Origin: an uncultured delta proteobacterium
Lineage (GTDB): Bacteria; Desulfobacterota; BSN033; UBA1163
Direction: 5' to 3'
Assembly: GCA_963708295.1 (NCBI GenBank)
Contig: CAVPSJ010000008.1
Span: forward strand, 128,001-192,000
DNA: 64,000 nucleotides
In this document: positions 1 through 11,642 of the stretch, piece after piece
Numbering within the stretch: position 1 is the stretch's first letter
Layout of the letters: every line of letters starts with the position of its first letter
Notes under the pieces: generated by a model
What the model was told of the DNA's origin: nothing
What the model saw: only the letters and a program-made list of their open reading frames with translations
Database searches by the model: none
Made by a program: the position numbers and the translations under genes

Positions 1-573
1 TCCGCCACCCTTGAAGGGGACATAGGTAAACTTTACGCCAAAGGCCTGCTCCATCATGATGGTGATGATTTGGTCTTCCTGGGCTGTCCCTGTTCCACCC
101 ATCATGAATTTTCCCGGTTCTTTTTTTACGGCATCGAGGTATTCTTTAACCGTCTTATAAGGGGCCTCCGCATTGACCCAGAGGACAAAATAGTCAAGGG
201 CAAGGCGGGCAAGCGGTGTCATATCCTTCCAACTGAAAGGAACACCTGTTGCCAGAGGGGTTGTAAAGAGATTGGACAGGGTGATGATCACCGTATTGGG
301 GTCACCCTTTTTCCCCTTGACATACATAAACCCTTCCGCCCCTGCACCTCCTGACTTATTAATCACGATCCAAGGTGTTGGGCAAAGCTTGTACTTCGAG
401 ACAAGCGGGGAGATGAATCGAGCCATCTGGTCAGCCCCACCACCCGATCCCGCAGGGACGACGAACTCCACGGGCTTATTGGGCTGCCAGGCGTCTGCCG
501 TTCCGATCATGCCGAAAAACATCATCAATGAACAAACCGCTACCCCCATCATTCTTAATGGCACTTTTTTCAT
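1..573 (-). CDS. tctC: Tripartite tricarboxylate transporter substrate-binding protein (TctC/Bug), runs off the window edge
   Basis: Manual translation: MKKVPLRMMG...AWQPNKPVEFVVPAGSGGGADQMARFI...NKSGGAGAEG...GGTGTAQEDQ. Signal peptide and RBS (GAGGAGG) present. Paralogous to 10569-11582. Absent from the ORF track because it is truncated. Confidence 0.9.
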   Translation of the reverse strand, partial: MKKVPLRMMGVAVCSLMMFFGMIGTADAWQPNKPVEFVVPAGSGGGADQMARFISPLVSKYKLCPTPWIVINKSGGAGAEGFMYVKGKKGDPNTVIITLSNLFTTPLATGVPFSWKDMTPLARLALDYFVLWVNAEAPYKTVKEYLDAVKKEPGKFMMGGTGTAQEDQIITIMMEQAFGVKFTYVPFKGGG

Positions 574-727
574 GTCTTACCTCCTCTCAAGGGTTTTAGA
601 AGACGAATCCAAGAATTCCTTTTTGACACTTCAACAGAGACCCCTGGAATCTTCCTTTTTCAATTCTTTTTTCGCACCCCATCCCTGAACCGTGTGAGGA
701 TCAAGGATGGGTGGACCTTTTTTTCCG

Positions 728-1763
<1,036 letters not shown>

Positions 1764-2958
1764 CTATATTTCTTCTTCAAAACCAACCCAGTAAACAAGC
1801 TGCTGGGTCTTCTTATCTTTGGCCATCTGCGTGAGGATTTTAGCCATGTAGTAGAAATCCTCGAGCATGATGACATCCCCACCCAAACCGGCCATAAAAG
1901 AGGTAACCAGTGGTCTTTTATCCAGATCGTAAAGAGAGGTCCTGACTTCATGAATCAGATTTCCACCTCTCGTTGCACCACCGTAAGAAGTGCTGCTCTC
2001 CACGCAACCCACTGCTTTCACCTGAGAGAGAGCCTCCGCAATTTGCTCGGTGGGCCAGGGACGAACCCATCTCGGCCTTACCATCCCTGCCTTTACTCCC
2101 TGGCTTCGGAGATGGTTGATTGCCGACTTGCAGGTATTGGCATGAGCCCCTTGGATGAAGAATGCGATTTCCGCATCCTCCATCTTATATTTCTCCAGAT
2201 AGGGGTCATAATTTCGTCCGAAAATGCGGTTGAAATCATCGATCGCTTTTTCGATTACTTTTGGAAGTTCCAAAAAGGTCATTGCCCTCTGCGCATCCAT
2301 CGGTGCACCCTGATCGGGCCGGATTTGCGGACCGTGCGATACCGGGCATTGAGGACTGAGAGGATGAGGAGCCTTATAGGGAGGTAAAAATTCTCTCACC
2401 TGGGCCATCTCAGGTAGAATGACCTTATCCGGAATATGGGAAAGGAAGTAACCATCCTGGCATACAAACTGGGGCAGCATGATCCGCGGGTCTTCTCCCA
2501 CGCGGTAATTGATCAAGGTATTATCAAAGACCTCCTGTGGGGTTGCGGCCCAGCCCATCAACCAACCCTGATCCCTTGCAGACATGGCATCGGTATGCTC
2601 CGAACCAAAATCACCCGGAGGATCGAGGGTTCGATCCGCAATGGCCATCTGGAAGAGGATAACGGCCGCCGGCTGCCGGGCTATAGACTTCAAACGCATA
2701 GGTGACACCCACTCCGGAACTTCCGGTATAGGCACGGGCGCCGGCTGCCGAAGCGCCAAGCGCCACGGAGACCTGGGCGTGCTCGCCTTCACCATGGATA
2801 AATTCTGCATCCAGTTCGCCGTTGGCGACCATTCTGGCAAGCTCCATCATGATCGCCGTATAGGGACGGATGGGGAACGAACAGATGACCTCTACTTCTG
2901 CAAATTTTGCTCCTTGTGCTGCTGCTGCGCAGCCGCTGAGCATTTTTTCTTGAGCCAT
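1764..2958 (-). CDS. oorA: Oxalate oxidoreductase-type OFOR alpha subunit, one frameshift near 2651
   Basis: MAQEKMLSGC...CSFPIRPYT (Arg where PFOR has YPITP), EGEHAQ, GSSGVG. Second frame continues QMAIADRTLDPPGDFGSEHTD. Confidence 0.88.
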
Positions 2959-2974
2959 AATTTTTCCTCCTTCA

Positions 2975-3304
2975 TTAGAAAGGTTTTTCGAGACGAACAA
3001 CCCCATCCTCAAAGTCAAGCTCTGGGGCAGCACTCAGGGCATCCGCCGGACATTCGTGGATGCAGATCTGACAGCCTTTGCAAAACTTCCAATTCCATTC
3101 CATCTTTTCTTCCTTTTCATTGAAAGACCAGCAGGAATCGGGACAGGCGATATAACAGGTAAAACAGCGGGTGCACTTCTCATGGTCAATCACGGGACGA
3201 ACAATCCGCCAGTTTGACGTGATGAAAAGCTCCTGCTGCTTGACCGGGGCGGGCGTGATCGCCCCAAAGGGAACTTCTCTGTCTTTTGGAACTTTTATAG
3301 GCAT
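2975..3304 (-). CDS. OFOR delta subunit (2x[4Fe-4S] ferredoxin)
   Basis: TSNWRIVRPVID, CTRCFTCYIACP and CKGCQICIHECP; C-terminal PELDF as in OOR. Confidence 0.9.
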   Translation of the reverse strand: MPIKVPKDREVPFGAITPAPVKQQELFITSNWRIVRPVIDHEKCTRCFTCYIACPDSCWSFNEKEEKMEWNWKFCKGCQICIHECPADALSAAPELDFEDGVVRLEKPF

Positions 3305-3414
3305 AACCTTCTCCTTTCTATTAACTTCTTAATATAAGTGATTTATCATTCTGCATTCCGCATTCTGCAATCCGCACTCGGGATCAGCCTCCCCAGAAGT
3401 ACTCAGCCCGGGAT

Positions 3415-4023
3415 TTACGAAATTTTTGGAGTTTTCACTTCATTATAGCCACGATCCATGGCTGCAACGTCGCTCACAATCTTTGCCAGGTTCTCTTTTT
3501 TGGCCATACCCGTCACCCTCGCCATCGCTCCAAGGATGGGGGCGGCAATGCCGGCTCCAATTCCTGCCGTGTCAACCCCTCCTTCAGAACCGGAGAAGTC
3601 AACCGTCTTTATCCCGGAGATTCCATCGGCGTCCACCGTGGCAATGGCACCCAGCAGATCCGCATTCGGAATAAATTTGAGCATATAATCGATCGGCCGG
3701 TTCGTATTGATGATCAGGAGACCGCCTTCAGGCATCCCTTTGAGCACATTGATCCCTTTAACGATGGTGGGTTCAACGATCACCACCACATCCGGGTGAG
3801 CGTTCGTATAGAGATATTTCATCTCGATCTCTTCATCACTGATTCTCGCGTATTTCCGGGTCGTAACGAGCACACGATCGGGCAGGTCTTCGTAATTGTC
3901 AAAGGCCTGGACGAATTTGCCCTCCATCTTTGCAGCCTGGGCAAAGGCATTGGCGACGTCACGGGCCTCTTTGTCCATGACCACCCCTCGTGTCCAAACA
4001 GTTATTTCAGTCACTTTACCCAT
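3415..4023 (-). CDS. OFOR gamma subunit (N-terminal half of the Moorella-type OOR delta chain)
   Basis: ITVWTRGVVMDKEARD, QAFDNYEDLPDR, SGSEGGVDTAGIGAGIAAP. A possible 3' indel would extend the C-terminus slightly. Confidence 0.88.
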   Translation of the reverse strand: MGKVTEITVWTRGVVMDKEARDVANAFAQAAKMEGKFVQAFDNYEDLPDRVLVTTRKYARISDEEIEMKYLYTNAHPDVVVIVEPTIVKGINVLKGMPEGGLLIINTNRPIDYMLKFIPNADLLGAIATVDADGISGIKTVDFSGSEGGVDTAGIGAGIAAPILGAMARVTGMAKKENLAKIVSDVAAMDRGYNEVKTPKIS

Positions 4024-4099
4024 AAACGAATACCTCCTTAAAGCAATGTTGATCAATTAAACTGATTTTCCTAAACCTTAACACCAGAACATAATCCGT

Positions 4100-4820
4100 T
4101 TAATGACGGCGATGACTTTTTCCCACCTCCTTTCTTTTTTTAAAGAGTATATCTTCCACCTCCTCCAAGTGCCGACGCATGGCCTGTCGACTGGCTGCAG
4201 GATTACGCCTCTTGATGGCAGCAAGGATCTCCTGATGGCCTTGAAGGGATTTCTGTTTTCTTTCCTCCGTTTGAAGGTACCTCTCACGGGTTTGTCTCAA
4301 GAAGGTCGAAAAGGGCAAGCAGAAGACGTTCCAAAACCCTGTTTCTTGCCATCCGGGCCAGACAATGATGAAAATCGGAATCGGTTTGAATCGGGTTCAT
4401 CCCGCGGCCGACTTCCTTTTCTTGTTCTTTGAGGATCTCCTCCAGCTCGTTGATTTCTTCGGGGGCTGCATTTTCTGAAGCCAGTTGAGCCACTTCGGGC
4501 TCGATGATTTTACGGAGGGAAAAGATATCGATCAGATCATCCTTTTCATGAAAGAGGGAGGTGGCCAAGGGTTGCACCAGGGCTTCTTCACTCGAGGCGA
4601 TGACGTAAGTTCCATTTCCCTGTCGTCTCTCCACAAGGTTCATCGTTTCAAGGGAAAAGATGGCCTCCCTGACAGAGGCGCGGGATACCTTGAAGGTTTC
4701 GACTAGTTCTCTTTCTGTCGGGAGCTGGTCGCCTCGCTTTAATTTCCCCTTCTCGATAAGATGATCGATCTGTCTTACGATATCCTCATAGGCTCGCTTT
4801 TTTCTCACTGCTTTCAACAT
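4100..4820 (-). CDS. FadR/GntR-family transcriptional regulator (GlcC/LldR/PdhR-like), frameshift near 4295
   Basis: wHTH GDQLPTERELVETFKVSRASVREA; FCD domain DSDFHHCLA; tail HQEILAAIKRRNPAASRQAMRRHL in a second frame. Confidence 0.88.
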
Positions 4821-6949
4821 GAGGAAACCCCTCCTTCTCCTGAACCTCTTTGAGCGCCTCTTCAAAATGAGAAGCAGTGACCAAAAGCTTCTTTGATTTG
4901 CTTTTCTCCGGGTCTTGGATCAACCCGCCGATGGCCATCATGGTTGCACTCCTGCAGATGAAGGCGATTTGAGAACCCGCCATCCCTTCCGTGCCTTTGG
5001 CCAATTCCGCCAGGTCGACGTCGTCGGCTAAGGGCCTCTCTTTCGTGTGGACCCGAAAGATCTCCAACCGCTCTTCCTCATCGGGGATGGGAAATTTAAG
5101 AATATAATCGAGCCGTCCGGCGCGCATTAAGGCGGGATCGAGCAAATCTTCACGATTCGTCGCCCCGAGCACGATGACCTGAGAAAGATCGCTCAGGTTA
5201 TCCAACTCGTTGAAAAACTGACTGGCCATGCGTTCAACCGCCCCGCCGTCACTTCCGTAACCGCGGGTGGTCACGAGGGCATCGATTTCATCGAAGAACA
5301 GGATGCAGGGGGCCGACTGTTTCGCCTTCTTAAAGATCTGATGGAGCGCCTTTTCTGATTCTCCAAGCCATTTCGAGAAAAGGATGGGACCGCTGATGGA
5401 GATGAAATTCAAGCCCGTTTCGCCCGCCAAAGCCTTTGCCATCAGCGTCTTCCCCGTGCCTGAGGGCCCGGAGAAAAGAACCCCTCTCGGGGGGCGCACG
5501 TTTCCTTCGTCAAAAAGCTCCGGGAATTTGTGAGGCCAGTCGACGATGGAGATAAGGGTTTCTCTGATTCGCTTCAATCCGCCGATGTGATGCCACTGGA
5601 CCTTAGACCTTTCGGTGTAGAATTCACGCGTGGCCGTGGGTTCAATCTCACGGAGGGCGGTTAAGAAATCCTCCATGGTGATCTGCAGATGATCCGGGTT
5701 GAGCAGCATGGCATCGAGATGATTTTCGCCCTCGAGAGAAAGATATCTCCTTAAAGCCACCATCCCCGCCTCTTTGCATAAGGCCTCGATGTCCGCTCCG
5801 ACAAAGGCATGGGTAATTTGCGAAAGACGGTCCAGATCGACATCCGGGGCCAGAGGCATACGGCGGCTGTGAATCCTGAGAATGGCCAGGCGGCCTTCGA
5901 CGTTGGGAACCGGAAGAGCGATCTCACGGTCGAAGCGACCCGGTCGTCTGAGAGCGGGGTCGATCATCTCCGGGATGTTGGTGGCGCCGATAACGATCAC
6001 CTGTCCGCGGGAGACCACCCCATCCATCAGGGCCAGGAGCTGGGCAACCACCCTTTTTTCGACATCCCCTAAAACCTCTGCGCGCTTTGGAGCAATGGCA
6101 TCGATTTCGTCGATAAAGATGATGCTGGGCGCATTGCGGGTTGCATCTTCAAAGATCTCCCGGAGGCGGGCTTCACTTTCGCCGTAGAATTTATGGATGA
6201 TTTCCGGTCCGTTGACACGGATAAAATGGAGCTTGGTTTCGCTGGCGATGGCGCGGGCAATCAAGGTTTTCCCCGTCCCGGGAGGACCGTAGAGAAGCAC
6301 CCCCTTGGGTGCTTCGACCCCCAGTTTTTCAAAGACTTCCGCGTAGCGCAAGGGGAGTTCGACCATCTCGCGAACGAGCCTTAATTCTCTTCTGAGTCCG
6401 CCCACATCCTCGTAAGAGACATGAGAAGGTGGCTTCGACGGGGAAATCCGGGTTTTTGATGAGGAATTTGGTTTTTGAGTTAATCAAGACCCCCCCGGAG
6501 GGGGAAGTCGCTTCGACCAGGAAAAAACGGTCTTTCCCCGTCAAAAAGGGAATATTGATTTTATCCCCAATCAGGACGGGTAATCCCTGGAGGATTTTTG
6601 GAAACTGCTCCAACTCGGTTCCTTCCGGGACGACGTTTGTTAAATCGAGAGGCGTGATAAGGACCGTGGCGGCGATTTTATAGGGGATTTTTTTTATTCT
6701 TACAATTTCCCCCAGGTTTACCTCGGCATTGCTGCGGGTGATCCCGTCGATCTGAATGATTTTTTTCCCGTAATACTCGGGGAAGGTTCCGGTGATCCTG
6801 GCGACGGTCTTTTTCTCCCCGCTCATCTCGATCAGATCGCCAAGGACGCCCCCTAATGCCTTGATATCCTCTGGATCAAGGCGCGCCAATCCCTTCCCGA
6901 CGTCTTCAGCCATTGTCTCGCTTACTCTTAGATCTATCGTCGCCGACAT
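4786..6949 (-). CDS. CDC48/VCP-family double AAA+ ATPase, frameshift near 6425
   Basis: N-domain (EDVGKGLARLDP...IDGITRSNA). D1 has GPPGTGKT, IIFIDEID and RRPGRFD; D2 has GPSGTGKT, FFDEID and RAGRLD. Confidence 0.92.
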
Positions 6950-7089
6950 TCAGGAAGCCTCTATCCAGGGAGCAGGAAATCGAACCCTTTCGCCGTGAAG
7001 GAAAACGTTCTTGTGTGGCCGGGATGTTGCCCCGCTGGGACGTTGGAGAGGAAACAATGAGCTCTACCTGCGGGGCTTCATTGGTTTAG

Positions 7090-7141
7090 TGATCAGACCA
7101 TTCAACAAGTCTTTTTATCCAAAAGTCTGTACTCTTGTCAA
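7090..7141 (-). promoter_or_regulatory. Sigma70-type promoter (TTGACA at 7141-7136) with a FadR-type operator TGGTCTGATCA (7100-7090)
   Basis: Perfect -35 upstream of the CDC48-FadR-oor operon. The site resembles the FadR-subfamily TNGTNNNACNA/TGGTCNNACCA palindrome. Confidence 0.55.
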
Positions 7142-7356
7142 GACATTTTTTTGAGACTTTCCCGAATTTTCGGCTAGGGGGGGAGGAGATGATCGGTCTG
7201 TTTGCCCCGTTCGAGACTTGTCTCTACATGGGGTGAACGCGGGGTTGAATGTCCCGTGTGAGCCTTCGCGTTAGAATGGTGAAGACTTTCCCAACGGGGT
7301 TTATTTGTCTCCTTTTCTTGCTTTCTCCAAAAGAATTTCTGCACGAACAGGATGGG

Positions 7357-8238
7357 TTATTCCAGAGGAATATCAACAGGCACATTGCCTTCCCTGATCG
7401 GTGGAACGATGGGGGGTTGCCCCGTTTTCTTCAAAATCTGCCGCCCTTCTGCAGAGAGCATCAGTTTGATGAAGTGATTCGCTGAAGTGATATTCTTTGC
7501 AGTACATGGAATTGTAGCCACGTTCCGGATATTTTCACTCAGGTTTACCTTTGCAGGAAATGAAATGATATCCGTTTCATCGGCAACCGTCACCGCGGCT
7601 GACAGATAGACGATACCGGCATCGGCCTTACCGCTTTTAACCGCTTTCAAAACATCAGGAATAGTTTCTTCCTTTACGGCCCTGTCTATTATCCTTTGCG
7701 ACACATCCGGCTTGCCTTCGGCTGCCGCTGCTCTTTTGATAAATTCAATCGTCCGGTTAGTGGCCATGTCTTTTTCACCGGTTACCCGCGCAAGCTTTAC
7801 CTCGTCCTTGATCAAATCGGTCATTTGCTTCACACCAAGTGGGTTGCCTTTTTTCGTGATAATCACCAGTTCATTGGCCGAAAATACGACGTACCAGGAT
7901 GCGGCGTCCTTGCTGCCGACCTTCTTGCCGAACATATTCTTAACCACCGCCGGATCGGAAGGTGCGAAGACGTCGCAGACATCCCCTTTGAGGATTCGCT
8001 CGGCCAGCTCTCTGGACCGACCGGAGGTAAGATTCACGATGATGCCGGGGTTTTTCCCCTCAAACGCTCTTTTCATTTCGTTCATCGGGCCAGCCAATGA
8101 ATCAGCATGCCACACCTCTAAAGTCATTTTTTCCCCTCCCGCATTTTGGGCAGCCGCCGCAGTTTGGCAGTACCCGGCCAATGCTACCATCAATACCAGT
8201 AAACCCAGGGAACAGAGGACTTTCGAGAACGAAGACAT
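7357..8238 (-). CDS. Molybdate/tungstate-type (ModA/WtpA-like) substrate-binding protein, orphan
   Basis: Signal peptide; HADSLAGP, SGRSRELA, DVFAPSD, FSANELVI, GKADAGIVY. No modBC genes nearby. Confidence 0.7.
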   Translation of the reverse strand: MSSFSKVLCSLGLLVLMVALAGYCQTAAAAQNAGGEKMTLEVWHADSLAGPMNEMKRAFEGKNPGIIVNLTSGRSRELAERILKGDVCDVFAPSDPAVVKNMFGKKVGSKDAASWYVVFSANELVIITKKGNPLGVKQMTDLIKDEVKLARVTGEKDMATNRTIEFIKRAAAAEGKPDVSQRIIDRAVKEETIPDVLKAVKSGKADAGIVYLSAAVTVADETDIISFPAKVNLSENIRNVATIPCTAKNITSANHFIKLMLSAEGRQILKKTGQPPIVPPIREGNVPVDIPLE

Positions 8239-8298
8239 GAAGGAACCCTCCTTTGCTCGATGCGCGACAATCCAGGGTCTTCCCCGCTTGCCGAACGA

Positions 8299-9795
8299 CT
8301 AAAACAAGGCTCGGCGGACTCGGCCCCATGCAAGGGAAATCGCCGGCCAGAACAGCAGGAGGAGCCCGGCGGTCATAATCGCGCCGACAAGCCAGTTTGA
8401 AAAGAAAATACTCAATGCTCCCTGGGATCCCAATATGGCCTGGCGGAACGAAACTTCAGTCGGGTCTCCAAGCACTATGGCCAATATCAGAGGTGCCAAT
8501 GGATAATCCAGCTTTTTGAAGACATAACCGATAACGCCGAATGTCAGCATGACCCAGATGTTGAACATGGCATTGTTCACGGTGAAGGCGCCGATCGCAC
8601 ACACCACGACAATGACCGGGGCGATGATCGAAAAGGGGATGCGAAGGATCGCCGCGAATAGCGGCACGGTGGACAGAACGATGACCAGGCCGACGACGTT
8701 CGACAGATACATGCTGGCGATCAGGCCCCAGACAAAGTCCTTTTGCTCGATGAACAACAGCGGACCCGGCTGCAGCCCCCAGATCATCAGGCCGCCCAGC
8801 AGCACCGCTGCAGTGGCAGAGCCGGGGATGCCCAGCGCCATCATCGGCAGCAGCGCGGCGCAGCCGGACCCGTGGGCAGCAGTCTCGGGTGCAAGCACGC
8901 CTTCCAGTTCACCCTTGCCGAAATTGGCGCCATTTTTTGAAATGCGCTTAGCAAGGCCGTAGCTCATGAAGGATGCGGCTGTTGCACCGCCCGGTTTGAA
9001 ACCCATCCATGCACCGATGGCCATGCCTAAGAGCAGCGTCAGCCAGTACTTTGGTAGCTTTTTCCATGTTTGCCACACGACCTTCGGGTTGATCTTGGCG
9101 TGTACACCTTGGAATTTAAGACCCTCTTCCATGCTGACCAGGATTTCTCCGACGCCGAACAGGCCGATCACCACAACCAGGAAATCGACGCCCCGCAGCA
9201 GCTCGGACCAACCAAAGGTAAGGCGGAGCGTGCCGCTGACGTTATCCATGCCGATTTGGGCCACGCCAAAGCCGAGCATTAGGGAGGCGATGGTCTTGAA
9301 CGGGTCCTTGCCCGTGCCGATGAAACTGGCAAAGGTCAGAAAATAGACGGCAAAGAATTCCGGTGGACCGAATTTCAGCGCAAACTTTGCCACCAGCGGC
9401 GCAAGGAAGGTGATCATCAAAACGGAAAAAAGGGCGCCGAAGAACGATCCGGTGAAGGAGGCGGTGAGAGCTTCGCCGGCCCTGCCCTGCTGGGCCAGGG
9501 GGTAGCCGTCGAACGTGGTGGCCACCGAATGCGATTCACCGGGAATATTGAACAGGATCGAGGTAATGGCTCCTGCAAACAACGAGCCCCAATAGATACA
9601 CGATAACATGACGATTGCCGAGGTGGGAGACATAGTAAACGTGAGCGGCAGCAGGATGGCAACGCCGTTCGGCCCTCCCAAGCCCGGCAGCACGCCGACG
9701 ATTATTCCCAGTATAAGGCCGATCGCCATCATGCCGAGGTTATACCAGCTAAATATAAGCAAAAAACCATGGAATAGATTTGCCAGGTCCGCCAC
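8299..9795 (-). CDS. tctA: Tripartite tricarboxylate transporter large permease
   Basis: GVLPGLG, ILFNIPG, DGYPLA, GVLAPETAAH, LGIPGS, GLQPGP TctA signatures. Confidence 0.95.
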   Translation of the reverse strand: MADLANLFHGFLLIFSWYNLGMMAIGLILGIIVGVLPGLGGPNGVAILLPLTFTMSPTSAIVMLSCIYWGSLFAGAITSILFNIPGESHSVATTFDGYPLAQQGRAGEALTASFTGSFFGALFSVLMITFLAPLVAKFALKFGPPEFFAVYFLTFASFIGTGKDPFKTIASLMLGFGVAQIGMDNVSGTLRLTFGWSELLRGVDFLVVVIGLFGVGEILVSMEEGLKFQGVHAKINPKVVWQTWKKLPKYWLTLLLGMAIGAWMGFKPGGATAASFMSYGLAKRISKNGANFGKGELEGVLAPETAAHGSGCAALLPMMALGIPGSATAAVLLGGLMIWGLQPGPLLFIEQKDFVWGLIASMYLSNVVGLVIVLSTVPLFAAILRIPFSIIAPVIVVVCAIGAFTVNNAMFNIWVMLTFGVIGYVFKKLDYPLAPLILAIVLGDPTEVSFRQAILGSQGALSIFFSNWLVGAIMTAGLLLLFWPAISLAWGRVRRALF

Positions 9796-9961
9796 TTGAC
9801 AATCCTCCTAAACGGTAACGCTTTCAAAAATCGCATAGCGCATAGGGCCCTTCGATTTCACTCAGGGCAGGCGCCGCGCATGGCGTAAGAACTCAAAATA
9901 AAAGTTAAAAATTAAACCAGAGACTATTTCCATGATATCAGAGGGAATTGGTGAAAACCGC

Positions 9962-10477
9962 TTAATAACCGAACAGGGCTTCCAGCGGCCCCTTGGGCAG
10001 CGGAACCATGAACTGAATTTCAAACATCCAGAAAAGCATTATACTTATGCAGACGCTGACCAGGATGACTTTAAGCCAGCTGAACTTGGCCAGCGCCCGC
10101 ATGAAGCCCCCGATGAACACCGCGGAGGCGACATAGATGCCAATGAATTGGGTGACCAATACATAGAGAACAGCAGGTATCAGCACGTAAAGCACCATCT
10201 TGAAACGGTCCCAAGAAACGAAGAGTTCATGATTGCGGTGTTTGCCGAAAAGCGCCCTGAGTAAAATGACAACGCTTGAAATACTGATGATGGCCCCGGT
10301 GCGGAACGGAAAGTATCCAGCCTGAGGCCCTTCAGGGGCCCAACCCATCCCGATTCTCTGGCTGTCCATCATCATCACAACGCCGATGAGGAAGATGGCG
10401 ACTGCCACGATCACCTCCGCTGCCTGATAGGTCAACCGGACCGAACGAGGTCGTTCCTGCGTTTGTTTCTGTTCCAT
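9962..10477 (-). CDS. tctB: Tripartite tricarboxylate transporter small permease
   Basis: Four to five TM helices, GPQAGYFP, C-terminal VPLPKGP. Confidence 0.92.
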   Translation of the reverse strand: MEQKQTQERPRSVRLTYQAAEVIVAVAIFLIGVVMMMDSQRIGMGWAPEGPQAGYFPFRTGAIISISSVVILLRALFGKHRNHELFVSWDRFKMVLYVLIPAVLYVLVTQFIGIYVASAVFIGGFMRALAKFSWLKVILVSVCISIMLFWMFEIQFMVPLPKGPLEALFGY

Positions 10478-10568
10478 GCACTACCTCCCCTGACGAACGG
10501 AGAAACAGAGCCGGTCCGGCGGATCGGGCTACAGTACCCGGACCCGCCGGAGCCGGCGTGATTCTGAG

Positions 10569-11582
10569 CTATTTCTTCGCTGCAAACCCGGCTTCGGTCA
10601 TCAGCTGTACGTGTTTTGCCATATCTTTTTTCAGGAAGTCGACAAACTCGTCTCCGGTGGCATAGTGCCGCGTGAGCGCCATGTTCTCGGTGTATTCTTG
10701 CCACTCCGGTTTTGAAACTACCTGTTTCAGCAGATCGGCGTAGAACGCGACCTGTTCCTTGGTGGTTCCGGGTGGCAGGAAGAAGGCGCGCAGCATCTGG
10801 TATTGCACATCGATTCCCTGCGACTTGCAGGTGGGGATGTCGGACCATGCTATGTCCGCAATCTTTTTCTTATAGTCCATGGGCTTATCGGAGAAAACGC
10901 ACAAGGGGCGCGCCGTGCCGGCCCGCCACTGAGCAACGTTCTCGCTGGGGTTGTTGACATTGGAATCGATGTGTTTACCGGCCAGTTGGGTGGAAGCCTC
11001 GCCTCCGCTTTTATAGGGGATATAGATTATTTTTTTCCCGACAACTTTTTCGAGTGCAACATTGATGATCTGGTCTTCTCGCTTCGAGCCGGTGCCGCCC
11101 ATCTTGAAGGACCCCTCCGACGCCGCTTTTATGGCGTTGACATAGTCCTTCGCCGTCTTGTAGGGCGAATCTGAATGGACCCACAGGATAAAATCATCCA
11201 AAGCGATCATTGCCACGGGGTTGAAGTTTTCCCAGCCGAGCGGCAGACCCTGCGCGATCGGCAGGGTATAGATGAGGGAGAACGCAACCAGGAGTTTGTG
11301 GGGATCAGCCTTGGCCTCTTTGACCTCCATGGCGCCCTCGGCGCCGCTCGCGCCGCCCTTATTGAAGATCATAACGGGCTGTTTGATCAATTTGTGCTTC
11401 AGAATGATGCCCTGGATTGTGCGCGCCATCTGATCTGACGCACCGCCCGCGCCGGCGGGAACAATGAACTCCACCGGCTTGGTGGGTTCCCAAGCGGCGG
11501 CGCCAGAGGGTACCGTCGCGGCACCTGCCAGGACTACCGCAGCCATCAGGATACTGTACGATAACCTTCTAATCTGTCTCAT
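10569..11582 (-). CDS. tctC: Tripartite tricarboxylate transporter substrate-binding protein
   Basis: Signal peptide, WEPTKPVEFIVPAGAGGASDQMAR, YIPYKSGGE. Confidence 0.93.
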   Translation of the reverse strand: MRQIRRLSYSILMAAVVLAGAATVPSGAAAWEPTKPVEFIVPAGAGGASDQMARTIQGIILKHKLIKQPVMIFNKGGASGAEGAMEVKEAKADPHKLLVAFSLIYTLPIAQGLPLGWENFNPVAMIALDDFILWVHSDSPYKTAKDYVNAIKAASEGSFKMGGTGSKREDQIINVALEKVVGKKIIYIPYKSGGEASTQLAGKHIDSNVNNPSENVAQWRAGTARPLCVFSDKPMDYKKKIADIAWSDIPTCKSQGIDVQYQMLRAFFLPPGTTKEQVAFYADLLKQVVSKPEWQEYTENMALTRHYATGDEFVDFLKKDMAKHVQLMTEAGFAAKK

Positions 11583-11642
11583 CGTTTTTCCTCCTTCTTT
11601 TGGTTAGGTTCTTTTGGTGTATGAAACACCATCACTCCAATT

